NCBI GenBank assembly: GCA_024698555.1
Contig: JAILRI010000219.1
Coordinates: 18,442-82,441, forward strand
DNA from: Lachnospiraceae bacterium
GTDB taxonomy: Bacteria > Bacillota > Clostridia > Lachnospirales > Lachnospiraceae
Reading direction: 5' to 3'
DNA length: 64,000 nt
A program made the translations under genes and the position numbers. The notes under the pieces were generated by a model. That model worked only from the letters and a program-made list of their open reading frames with translations, did not search any database and had not been told where the DNA came from. Below, in pieces: positions 44,316-54,783 of this stretch (positions are counted from its first letter, which is position 1; every line of letters begins with the position of its first letter).

Positions 44316-46052
44316 ATGATCATTCTTTCAGCGATTTTTACCGATCACGCAGTGCTCCAGCAGGGCAAAAAAGCAGCTGTCTGGGGGGAAACGGATGGTT
44401 CTGATATTGAAGTGATCCTGATGCGCAAGGATATGCAGGGCGAGACTGTGTGCAGCGTGAAGGCTGTAACCGTGCCGGTGCCGGATGCGGAAAGCAAAGT
44501 GCCTCCGGTCGCTGCTAGCGAAAGCTTTGACGAGCACAACAGAAAGGCTTTTCTGGCATATCTTGAACCGCAGGAGCCGGGAGGACCCTACAGCATTTTG
44601 ATCCGTGAAAATAAATCCCCGGCAGGATCAGGCAGTGAGATCATATTGAATGATATCTGGTTCGGAGAGGTATTTCTTGCCGGCGGACAGTCCAATATGG
44701 AACTGAACCTGATCAATTCCAGAAACGGAAAAGAAGAGGTTGCTGCTTCATTCGATCCGAATGTCAGATTTTACTGTACACCCAAAGTGGCCTACGTGGG
44801 AGAAGAGCTGTACGGTCAGGAAAGAACCTCGGTATGGACCGGGTGTAATCCCGAAACTTCGTATTATCAGTCAGCCATCGGCTACTATTTTGCCAGGGAT
44901 CTGAGCCGTAAGCTCGGGAGAATGGTGGGCATCATAAACTGTAACTGGGGCGGCACCAGTGCTACCTGCTGGATCAGCAGGGAAACGACCGAAGCTCACC
45001 CCGAACTTATGCCGTATCTGGAGGCATATGACAGGGCATGCTCGGGACAGACTGAAGAGGAGTATCTGAAGGCACTGGAGGAATACCGTATATATGACGC
45101 AGAGTTTAACAGAAAACTTTCGGAATATTATGCTACCGCCCAGTCACCGAATTGGAACGATGCCATAAAAGTCTGCGGTGAATGCCGTTATCCCGGCCCG
45201 ATGGGTCCTCGTACATGGTGCAGGCCAAACGGTCTGTATGAGAGCATGCTCAGAAGAGTTGCGCCATATACGCTTGCGGGTTTTCTGTTTTATCAGGCTG
45301 AAGAAGATGATAACCGCCCGTTTACATATGCGAAGCTCCTTCCGGTATTGATGCGTGCCTGGCGTGATGAGTGGAAAGATCCGGAATTGCCGTTTCTGCT
45401 GGTACAGCTCCCCGGATACAACGGAGAGGATGAACAGGATCTTATGAACTGGCCGATTATCCGTGAGATTCAGCAGAACACAGCGAAGAGTGACGCGAAC
45501 TGCGCGATGGCAGTTACCATTGACCTTGGACACCGTACCAATGTTCACCCTCTGGATAAAAAGCCTGTGGGAGAGAGGCTGTCGCTTCAGGCACAATACC
45601 TTCTGTACGGTATGTTATCAGGGGAAAAAGCGTCAGGACCTGTATTTGACAGGGCAGAGTTTCATAAGGGCAGAGCGGATGTCTATTTTGAAAATGCGGA
45701 TGAAGGATTCGATGTTAAGATACCGGGCGGATGGAATGCCTACAATCCCGATGAGGCAGGCGGCGGACATTTTGAAAAGCTCTCGGATACCAATTTGGGA
45801 TTTGTCACCGGTTTTGAACTGGCGGGACAGGACAGGATATATCATGAAGCGGTGGTCACAAAGAGCACCGGCAATGTGATCACGGTTGAGAGCCCCCGGG
45901 TAGACACGCCTGTGTACGTAAGGTATCTGTGGCGTAATTTCGCTGAAGTGACGCTGTATGGGGTAAATGGTATCCCTGTTGCGCCTTTCCGATCCAACGC
46001 TGACGATAAAGCCATGCCTTTGGGAAGCAGGCAGGGCAGGCTTTTAGAGTAG
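44316..46052 (+). CDS. Sialate O-acetylesterase-like (SASA/DUF303) carbohydrate esterase
   Basis: 578 aa. LAGGQSNME catalytic-serine motif. No signal peptide. Confidence 0.75.
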   Translation: MIILSAIFTDHAVLQQGKKAAVWGETDGSDIEVILMRKDMQGETVCSVKAVTVPVPDAESKVPPVAASESFDEHNRKAFLAYLEPQEPGGPYSILIRENKSPAGSGSEIILNDIWFGEVFLAGGQSNMELNLINSRNGKEEVAASFDPNVRFYCTPKVAYVGEELYGQERTSVWTGCNPETSYYQSAIGYYFARDLSRKLGRMVGIINCNWGGTSATCWISRETTEAHPELMPYLEAYDRACSGQTEEEYLKALEEYRIYDAEFNRKLSEYYATAQSPNWNDAIKVCGECRYPGPMGPRTWCRPNGLYESMLRRVAPYTLAGFLFYQAEEDDNRPFTYAKLLPVLMRAWRDEWKDPELPFLLVQLPGYNGEDEQDLMNWPIIREIQQNTAKSDANCAMAVTIDLGHRTNVHPLDKKPVGERLSLQAQYLLYGMLSGEKASGPVFDRAEFHKGRADVYFENADEGFDVKIPGGWNAYNPDEAGGGHFEKLSDTNLGFVTGFELAGQDRIYHEAVVTKSTGNVITVESPRVDTPVYVRYLWRNFAEVTLYGVNGIPVAPFRSNADDKAMPLGSRQGRLLE

Positions 46053-46062
46053 GAGGTATGAT

Positions 46063-46422
46063 ATGAAGTTGATACTTGCGGTTGATGACAGTCCCGCCAA
46101 TCTGACACTTGTAAGGGAAGCCCTTAAGGAACACTATAAGGTTAGTGTTGTCACATCCGGTGATCAGGCACTGCGCTTCCTGAAAAAAAAGCAGCCGGAT
46201 CTGGTGCTGCTTGATGTGTGTATGCCGGGTATGGACGGGATAGAGACCATGCGCAGGATGAATGATATGCCGAATTGTACCTGGAAAGTCATCTTCCTGA
46301 CTGCGCTTACAGACGCATATCTGGGAGAACAGGCCAAATCGCTGAATGCTGCGGGCTATATTACCAAGCCGTTTTCTCCCGATGCTTTAGTGGACAACAT
46401 TAAAGAAGTGATCGGCGAATAG
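46063..46422 (+). CDS. Single-domain CheY-like response regulator
   Basis: 119 aa. LAVDDS, LLDVCMPGMDG, FLTAL, ITKPF. RBS AGGAGG. Confidence 0.85.
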   Translation: MKLILAVDDSPANLTLVREALKEHYKVSVVTSGDQALRFLKKKQPDLVLLDVCMPGMDGIETMRRMNDMPNCTWKVIFLTALTDAYLGEQAKSLNAAGYITKPFSPDALVDNIKEVIGE

Positions 46423-46430
46423 TCCCGGGA

Positions 46431-48137
46431 TCATTGGAACACGTCGCATTTGACCAGGATTGCATATATCATATATGAGAAAAAGAGCAGATCGTTGGTT
46501 TCTTCGCCGGTATGACTGCCCATGTCATTGAAGCAGTCATAGGAGAAAAGAGCAAGCGGTGAGTTGATCTCACCGATGATGATCTGAAGCGAAGAGGTTA
46601 TACCGCAGTTTTTCAGGCAGGTATGATACTCCTCTATAGGCTCGTTCTGCAGGTGCATGAGATTGACATAACTGATGCCGCGGCTGTTAAAAAGAGCGCG
46701 TACTTTCGGATTGCGCAGGAAAAAGGCGCTCTCGGGCTCGGTGGGATAGTGCCCTTTGCGGAATACGGGAAGATATGAACGGCCGCAGTAAACAGTCAGC
46801 GCGTCACACCTGTATTTCAGCAGCAGCTTGACCAGTGCCTGATCCATCGCGTTTGTCAGAGTGTCCGGTGATGAGGAATTGGCTATGGCTACTGACGAAA
46901 GGATGTCTTTGATGGTGATGAACTGTTCCTCACGGTTATGAGGCACGGGCTTTATCACGTCACTTGCCTCATCGGTTATTTCGCCGTGCATGGCTTCTTT
47001 GTAGATGATATATCTTGCTTTTCCTTTGAATTTGGCTATATACAGGGCGCGTTCGGCCTTTTTGAGTAGGATGTCGTAATCCATGCTGTTGCGCGGATAT
47101 TCCGCAACACCCATGGAAAGCGTGAAACGGTGCTTTACATCGGGAAACGCGTATTGAAGCTTGAAAATAATATCATGCATGACCGCTCTTAATTCGTCTT
47201 CGGTGCGGATGTCTATCAGTACCAGCAGAAATTCGTCGGCTCCGAAATGCGCTGCAAACCCTCTGCCCTGCGCAGCCTCGTTAAGTATGACGGAAAGCTT
47301 CTGCAGAACCTTGTTACCGAAAGAAGTTCCGAAGGTTTCGTTGACGGTCTTGAAGTTGTCGATGTTCAGTATTATAAACGAGATGTTGACATAACTGTGT
47401 TCACTGACCATTTTTTTTGCTTCCGAAAGCGCGAAGGATCTGTTGTAAAGTCCGGTCAGCGCGTCATGAGTATCGCCCCAGCCGGCGAGTTCCGTGCCGT
47501 CACCGTCGTGTTTGCGGATGATACCGTACAGCATGGTGCGTTCATTGCTATGATAGGCAACTGTGCCGTTCATCATGAAGCGTTCGCCATCTACGTCATA
47601 ATCCATGCGGTATGAGTAGTTGGTCTCACGGTTTTCAAGGTCGTCCCGGATGAGCGCTCCCAGCCTGTCATAAGGTGAGCTGTTTATCAGATTCATCCGG
47701 CCGGCATCTGTGAATTTGAAAATATCAAGTTTTTTGTTTAAATAATTATAATTGATCAGGATCTCATCTTCAAAGATTAAAAACCATTCTGTCCTCTTCT
47801 CCGCATCCACAAGCTCCATGCAGCTGTTACACGCATTTTCAATATCTATCACTTCCACAAATATGGTCTTATCGTCTGAACGGTTATAGATGCGTACCCG
47901 GCATACTCGTGTTTCGCCGCTGGAGGTTATGAACCTGAGAAGAGCGCAGGATTCGGGTACGGTTCCGGCTATGACCCGGCGAACCCGGTCTATGAATATG
48001 TCAACATCATCCTTGTGAATATGGCTGGTGAGCGTAGAACGCCACGAGGCACCGAGATAAGTCAGCAGTTCCTCGTCAGAATTCAGGCACGCAAAGCTCT
48101 CATCAAATACGCCGGTTCCTACCAGAAAATTGTTCAT
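46431..48137 (-). CDS. GGDEF-family protein with an atypical GADEF active-site motif and an extra C-terminal domain
   Basis: 568 aa. DALTGLYNR, NIDNFKTVNETFG, HFGADEFLLVL. N-terminal PAS-like region. C-terminal ~180 aa unassigned. RBS GAGGA. Confidence 0.75.
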   Translation of the reverse strand: MNNFLVGTGVFDESFACLNSDEELLTYLGASWRSTLTSHIHKDDVDIFIDRVRRVIAGTVPESCALLRFITSSGETRVCRVRIYNRSDDKTIFVEVIDIENACNSCMELVDAEKRTEWFLIFEDEILINYNYLNKKLDIFKFTDAGRMNLINSSPYDRLGALIRDDLENRETNYSYRMDYDVDGERFMMNGTVAYHSNERTMLYGIIRKHDGDGTELAGWGDTHDALTGLYNRSFALSEAKKMVSEHSYVNISFIILNIDNFKTVNETFGTSFGNKVLQKLSVILNEAAQGRGFAAHFGADEFLLVLIDIRTEDELRAVMHDIIFKLQYAFPDVKHRFTLSMGVAEYPRNSMDYDILLKKAERALYIAKFKGKARYIIYKEAMHGEITDEASDVIKPVPHNREEQFITIKDILSSVAIANSSSPDTLTNAMDQALVKLLLKYRCDALTVYCGRSYLPVFRKGHYPTEPESAFFLRNPKVRALFNSRGISYVNLMHLQNEPIEEYHTCLKNCGITSSLQIIIGEINSPLALFSYDCFNDMGSHTGEETNDLLFFSYMIYAILVKCDVFQ

Positions 48138-48274
48138 AAGCGATCCTCATATGATATAATACACTAAATGGTATTGTTTTTGCCGATGAATAGTTACGAT
48201 GACTATAATTTTACTACGAACGGAAAGAAAAAACAACAAACAACACAACAGATTTATTTAGATAATTGGACAAG

Positions 48275-49363
48275 ATGAAACGATTTGCTGTTTTACTGCT
48301 TATTATACCGGTTTTCGCCATGAGCGCAGCCGGATGCGTAAAGAAATACCCTGATGTCGGACAGGCTCCCCTGCACAGGAGTTTTTTCGCGATGGATACC
48401 ATTATGGAGCTGACGATATATGAGAGCCGAAACGCGGATTCTCCGGAGTCGTATGATGGGGATGATCCGGGTAAAGTAATGATGGATGAGGCACAGAAAA
48501 TTATCTGTGACCTGGAGGGCAGAATATCCGTAACGGATCCGGAAAGCGTGATCCATAAGCTTAACTCGGGAATGGAGGTTCCTATTGACGAAGCGACGCG
48601 CAAGCTTTTGTCAAGGGCGGTCGGAATGTGCGAACTGACGGGCGGAAATCTGGATATAAGCATATATCCTCTGGTCAGGCTGTGGGGATTTACAACAGGT
48701 GAATACAGGATACCGTCTTCAGATCAGATCAGAGAAGCTTTGGAAAATGTGGGGTATGAGGCGCTTACAGAAATGATCGCTTCCGCAGCCGTTCAGGATG
48801 CATCAGTTCTTCCCGATGGCATGCAGATAGACTTAGGGGCTGTTGCCAAGGGGTATGCTGCTGAAAAACTTAAAAGCCATTTTGTATCAAAAGGTGTAAA
48901 GAGCGGCGTGATCTCACTGGGGGGCAATATACTTGTAATCGGGAAAAAGCCTGACGGCAGTAAGTGGCGTATCGCCATAGCCGATCCGTATGGGGATGGC
49001 TTTGCCGGGACTGTCAGCGTGTTTGACCGGTCGGTAGTTACCTCGGGAGTCTATGAACGCTATTTTGAGGACAATGGCAGGAGATATTCGCATATCATCG
49101 ATCCGTCAACGGGGTGTCCTGTAGATAACAAAGTGATGTCCGTAACCGTGATAGGAGATGACGGGATGTATTGCGATGCCCTTTCAACGGCGCTTACGAT
49201 CATGGGCGAAGACGCTGCCGCCGATTACTGGAGACTAAGAGGCAGGGATTTTGAATTTATACTGATAAACAGTGATCATAAAATGATCGTGACCGGCGGT
49301 CTGAAAGACATATTTAAGGCAGATGATAAATACGGACCGGATGCTGTAAGATATATAGAGTAG
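48275..49363 (+). CDS. apbE: FAD:protein FMN transferase (ApbE family) lipoprotein
   Basis: ORF 48266..49363 (TTG). ATG 48275 gives MKRFAVLLLIIPVFAMSAAGC (lipobox). AMDT, DLGAVAKGY, ISLGGN, HIIDP motifs. Confidence 0.85.
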   Translation: MKRFAVLLLIIPVFAMSAAGCVKKYPDVGQAPLHRSFFAMDTIMELTIYESRNADSPESYDGDDPGKVMMDEAQKIICDLEGRISVTDPESVIHKLNSGMEVPIDEATRKLLSRAVGMCELTGGNLDISIYPLVRLWGFTTGEYRIPSSDQIREALENVGYEALTEMIASAAVQDASVLPDGMQIDLGAVAKGYAAEKLKSHFVSKGVKSGVISLGGNILVIGKKPDGSKWRIAIADPYGDGFAGTVSVFDRSVVTSGVYERYFEDNGRRYSHIIDPSTGCPVDNKVMSVTVIGDDGMYCDALSTALTIMGEDAAADYWRLRGRDFEFILINSDHKMIVTGGLKDIFKADDKYGPDAVRYIE

Positions 49364-49390
49364 GAAAAATTGGAAAAGTCTAAAAGATGA

Positions 49391-50858
<1,468 letters not shown>

Positions 50859-50897
50859 TAAGCAGGGATATTCCGGTAATAAGAATTAAACAGATAC

Positions 50898-50923
50898 AAA
50901 AAGCCCCCGCCTTCAGGCGGGGG
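50898..50923. terminator. Intrinsic terminator between convergent gdhA and the M14 peptidase gene
   Basis: GCCCCCGCC TTCA GGCGGGGG hairpin preceded by an A-run, which is a T-run on the reverse strand. Confidence 0.7.
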
Positions 50924-50931
50924 TCTTGCTG

Positions 50932-52572
50932 TCAGAAGAGATAATCGTACAGGTTATACAGTACCCTGTCAAAGTGATAATTGTCATATTCCTCGGCCAG
51001 CAGCTTTCTGGCAGCGGAGGTATAGCCGAGATACTTTGAACCGTATCCGATCTCAAAGGTCATGGTTGCGAAATCAGGATTCGTCTCATGGATAACATCA
51101 AGATTGGTATCATTCAGACGGGGAATGCTGATAAGCGGGTATTCATTGATTCCGTCGGTAAACACACAGAAACCGAAAGCAGGAGAAAACTTGGCTCCGA
51201 CTGCCAGAGAAACCGCATAGTCGGTAAGCGTTGAGCCTGTACCGTTCAGATCATAATCACTATCTTCGGGATACCATGTGTACTTGTGGGAATTACCCTT
51301 ATTCAGACCGGACATCAATGCGTTGGCAAGATCCTTGCATCGCTTCTGCTGCTTGGTGGTCTGCCAGGGCTTGGCTGCATAGCTGATCCTTCCCTGCTGG
51401 TGATAATCCAGCAGAACGGTCGCTTTTTCAAGTACTATATAATGATATAAAAATTTCATCATAGCCTTGGTCTCTTTATTGCAGCCCGCGTAGTCACCGG
51501 GATAGTATATCTTGTTGGCGCTGTTGCTGATATAATATGATTTGCTGTTGCCGGTAAGTACCTGAGACCAGGCCAGCCCCGGAAAGTTCCGGTTCAGGTC
51601 GGTTCCGTTGCTGGTGGCTTTCCACAGAACACCATTGGAGTATGTGTAGTTTTCCCTGTCAAAAGCTACTCCGTCGCGGCCGTCCGGATTGACGCAGACA
51701 ACGGCGGCTATTTTGAATCTGTTCAGTATGTTTTTTGCTTCGTCGGTATCAGACTGGAGCAGATCGGCAAGTTCTTTGAGTACATAAACGCTTCCGGCCG
51801 TTTCCCGGGCGTGAATGTTGCCTGTCAGGAGCACTACTGTTTTGTCTGTTCCGGCAGACGAAGCCATGGATAATCCGGTGTCATCTTCTTTGGTATCATC
51901 TTCTTCGTCTTCTTCATTTATCATATCTTCCGGACGCATGTCGATCTCAAGCGCATACATACGTCTTCCGGATGTGGTCTCGCCTATATCGTACAGATAT
52001 ACTCCCGGACGCCTTGAAAGGAGCTTTAGAAAGGATACCAGATCATCATAGGTGTACGAACGGGAAATGTCGATGTTCACATCCTTGATCCTGTGACCGT
52101 AGGAAGTGACATCGGCCCATTTATATTCCATGGCTTCGCGGTATTCCTCAACGGGCATACCCATGAGCCCTGTGAAAGATCCGTAATCTGCGATCTTGGC
52201 AGTCAGCTGCTTTTTGGATAATTGCCGGTCGGAAAGACCTGTCAGCGAATCCGTAAAATAATCGAAGGTATTGGCGGTGATCACTGTGGCAGAAGGTTCC
52301 GGCTCGGTTTTTCTGGCCACATAGGTAAAATACTCACTGGCAGAGGGTAATACGGAGATCTCACGGCCGACCTTTGCGGTTGAATGGCCGGAACTTCGCC
52401 CGGTTACAACGGATATCTCTTTTTGCGGCTTTTCCTCATGTTTCGTGTTAAAAGGAGCCGCATAGGTATCCGCGTATGTCCGGTTATCACCCGAAAGAAC
52501 GAGGACATCGCCGGTCATGGGCGCAGCAAGGAGCGCTGCGATTAGAATTATGGATAGTGTCTTTTTAATCAT
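50932..52572 (-). CDS. Secreted M14-family zinc carboxypeptidase (gamma-D-Glu-DAP peptidase-like)
   Basis: 546 aa with a signal peptide. Zinc motif GNIHARETAG. Start overlaps the upstream AP2 gene by 8 nt. Confidence 0.8.
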   Translation of the reverse strand: MIKKTLSIILIAALLAAPMTGDVLVLSGDNRTYADTYAAPFNTKHEEKPQKEISVVTGRSSGHSTAKVGREISVLPSASEYFTYVARKTEPEPSATVITANTFDYFTDSLTGLSDRQLSKKQLTAKIADYGSFTGLMGMPVEEYREAMEYKWADVTSYGHRIKDVNIDISRSYTYDDLVSFLKLLSRRPGVYLYDIGETTSGRRMYALEIDMRPEDMINEEDEEDDTKEDDTGLSMASSAGTDKTVVLLTGNIHARETAGSVYVLKELADLLQSDTDEAKNILNRFKIAAVVCVNPDGRDGVAFDRENYTYSNGVLWKATSNGTDLNRNFPGLAWSQVLTGNSKSYYISNSANKIYYPGDYAGCNKETKAMMKFLYHYIVLEKATVLLDYHQQGRISYAAKPWQTTKQQKRCKDLANALMSGLNKGNSHKYTWYPEDSDYDLNGTGSTLTDYAVSLAVGAKFSPAFGFCVFTDGINEYPLISIPRLNDTNLDVIHETNPDFATMTFEIGYGSKYLGYTSAARKLLAEEYDNYHFDRVLYNLYDYLF

Positions 52573-53371
52573 GTTTTTTTATTTCCACTATTTTCTTTGA
52601 AATCTTTACTTTGTCATATCTGGTTCGGTACTGTTCATCAGACAGCTCTTCGATGTAATTCTGGTTGAAATTATTGAGGTAGCCTTTGCTGCGGAGTACA
52701 TCCGCAGCTTTGTTGTAGGCAATAGCGGCATCTGTCTCGTCAGAATACCTGCCTACGATCAGACTGCCTGTCAGGTGGATCTTTACGATATAGACCGCAT
52801 GCCCTCTAAGCATCAGACGCCTGACTCCGTGGTAGCGATTGACTATGACGATATTGCCGGATCTAAAGTCCGATTCGTCGCCGTTTTTAAAATAATAATC
52901 CTTGTTTTTTACCGCGAATCCAGGTATGCCGTAGCGTCCGAGAATGTTCAGCTGGGAACCGTAGTCGGCGACGAACAGGTGACCTCCGCGGCGCTGGATA
53001 CTGTGATTGGTATAGTAAAACAATTCATCTGCGCTGAATCGGAGAACGGTCTTTGCATCGAGATAGTAATCGAAATAATTGGATCTTAAATATATCGGTC
53101 CTTTACAGTATATTCCGTTATCACGGAGATTAACAAGCATTACGAGCTTTGAAAACGGTAACGGAAGCTCGTGCGTCTCGTTCAGGAAATAATCCGCGGG
53201 GATATCTTCATGCAACAGGCGTGAAGCATACTTGTAGGCCTCATGAGCCGACAGGGCAGTTTCATAGCTGCCGAGGCTTATGTGTTTGGAACCGTAGGTG
53301 ATTGAAGCGCGGTAATAAAGGGTTCCGTCTTTTTTACGTGCTGGGAAAGTGCCCTCAAGATTACTCGCCAT
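52565..53371 (-). CDS. AP2-domain protein (two AP2-like DNA-binding domains flanking a degenerate HNH-like core)
   Basis: ORF 52565..53377 (GTG). ATG 53371 lies 10 nt after GAGGT. AP2-like stretches are YYRASITYGSKHISLGSYETALSAHEAYKYA and YHGVRR...IVGRYSDETDAAIAYNKAA. The call is by motif resemblance only. Confidence 0.5.
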   Translation of the reverse strand: MASNLEGTFPARKKDGTLYYRASITYGSKHISLGSYETALSAHEAYKYASRLLHEDIPADYFLNETHELPLPFSKLVMLVNLRDNGIYCKGPIYLRSNYFDYYLDAKTVLRFSADELFYYTNHSIQRRGGHLFVADYGSQLNILGRYGIPGFAVKNKDYYFKNGDESDFRSGNIVIVNRYHGVRRLMLRGHAVYIVKIHLTGSLIVGRYSDETDAAIAYNKAADVLRSKGYLNNFNQNYIEELSDEQYRTRYDKVKISKKIVEIKKHD

Positions 53372-53406
53372 AGTCACTTTTACCTCATTTCAAACTCACT
53401 GATATA

Positions 53407-53435
53407 ATTGTAGGCAACTTGCCTAATAAAATCAA
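53407..53435 (-). promoter_or_regulatory. Candidate promoter of the AP2/M14 operon with an embedded palindrome
   Basis: Reverse strand: TTGATT, 17 nt, TACAAT. The spacer contains the perfect palindrome AGGCAAcTTGCCT (53412-53424). Confidence 0.45.
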
Positions 53436-53500
53436 TAGCAATAGTAAATTTTACTAAAATCACAAATATAATTCATATATATGTTTGTTAATTATGCGAC

Positions 53501-53529
53501 TTGTACAAAATGTTTTTCGATACTATAAT
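53501..53529 (+). promoter_or_regulatory. Candidate promoter of the SleB-like hydrolase gene
   Basis: TTGTAC, 17 nt, TATAAT, followed by the inverted repeat TAACAAA-N9-TTTGTTA. Confidence 0.45.
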
Positions 53530-53598
53530 TCCACTACTGCATGTAACAAAAATGTAACATTTGTTAATAAAATTTAAATATTCCGGGAAACTAACACA

Positions 53599-54666
53599 AT
53601 GATTAAACAGATCAAGGCAGATGAAGAATTGAGAACCTTTGTGTATGTTTCATCAGAAGCGGCAAGGACCATAGGCTCGAAGCTGGGAATACTTAAGTCA
53701 CGGGTCTCGAAAGTGCTTATCACATGCATTTTGATGATAGCACTGATCACCTCGGTGTGTGTGGTGAGAGCTGATGCGAAGAGGCAGACCTCAGGCTTTG
53801 AACCGGATAATATCAGAATGGGCGCAGCGGTCATAATACCGGCTGAGTATCGTTTTTCAGACAGAAACTCAGACGCAGGGCTGATAGATGCAGCGGATCG
53901 GGGTATTACCGCGTTTGACAAGACTCCTGTTTTAAACACCGCGGAGATGACCGGCGGTGAGGACGAGGTCATAATGCTGCTTTCAAATGATGAAATCACA
54001 AACTTTAGTCCCGTTCATGAGGACACTCTCCAAACGGATGAAGAAGTTCTGTCGGTTAAAGCGCAGGATGTCGCGCAGATGCTTGAAGACAACCTGCCCG
54101 AATACGAATACTCTTCGAGACTGGAGGCCGCACAGGCAGCAGCAGAAGAAGAAACCTCGGATTATGATTATTCCTCAAAGATCGAAGAGGTTTCAAAGAA
54201 AATAGAGGACGCAACCAGACCCAAGGATGTTCCGCATAAACTGACTTATGCTTTTAACCAGAAGATGGTCATATATCCTGACGCGGATGAAGTGACTGTA
54301 TTGCAGAGGATCGTGGAAGCCGAAGCGGGAGATCAGGATATATACGGCAGGATACTGGTTGCGAATGTTATCCTGAACCGTGTGAACAATAAGGCTTTTC
54401 CTGACAGTATCAGTAAAGTGGTGTTCCAGAAGATCGGTAATTCAACACAGTTCTCTCCTGTCAGGGACGGCAGCTATTACAATGTTACCGTATCGGAAAA
54501 GACAGTTGAAGCAGTGTCAAGAGCGCTGGTGGGTGAGGATTATTCGGAGGGAGCGCTGTATTTCTTTATGAGATCGGGAACCTCCGCCCAGAAGGCCGCG
54601 TGGTTTGACAGGGATCTGAAATTCCTGTTCAAATACGGATGCCATGAGTTTTTTAAGGAGAAATAA
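53599..54666 (+). CDS. Cell-wall hydrolase, SleB/CwlJ (Hydrolase_2) family, membrane-anchored
   Basis: 355 aa with one TM helix. C-terminal domain VLQRIVEAEAGDQ...ANVILNRVNN...QFSPV. Confidence 0.8.
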   Translation: MIKQIKADEELRTFVYVSSEAARTIGSKLGILKSRVSKVLITCILMIALITSVCVVRADAKRQTSGFEPDNIRMGAAVIIPAEYRFSDRNSDAGLIDAADRGITAFDKTPVLNTAEMTGGEDEVIMLLSNDEITNFSPVHEDTLQTDEEVLSVKAQDVAQMLEDNLPEYEYSSRLEAAQAAAEEETSDYDYSSKIEEVSKKIEDATRPKDVPHKLTYAFNQKMVIYPDADEVTVLQRIVEAEAGDQDIYGRILVANVILNRVNNKAFPDSISKVVFQKIGNSTQFSPVRDGSYYNVTVSEKTVEAVSRALVGEDYSEGALYFFMRSGTSAQKAAWFDRDLKFLFKYGCHEFFKEK

Positions 54667-54684
54667 TATACAGTATCTTTTTTC

Positions 54685-54710
54685 GGGCTTGTTATTCAAG
54701 CCCCTTTTTG
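54685..54710 (+). terminator. Weak intrinsic terminator after the SleB-like gene
   Basis: GGGCTT / AAGCCC stem followed by CTTTTT. Confidence 0.45.
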
Positions 54711-54783
54711 ATATAATAATTATGATTGCGCAGCCAATCCTTTTATCAGGGTTCTTAATACATTTTTGAAAGGAAGAAAGATC

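Noticed and set aside
48187-48197. TGAATAGTTAC, an 11-nt match to the MITE terminal repeat, upstream of apbE.
   Set aside because: It is an isolated short match with no adjacent element sequence. It is compatible with chance in 128 kb of two-strand search space.
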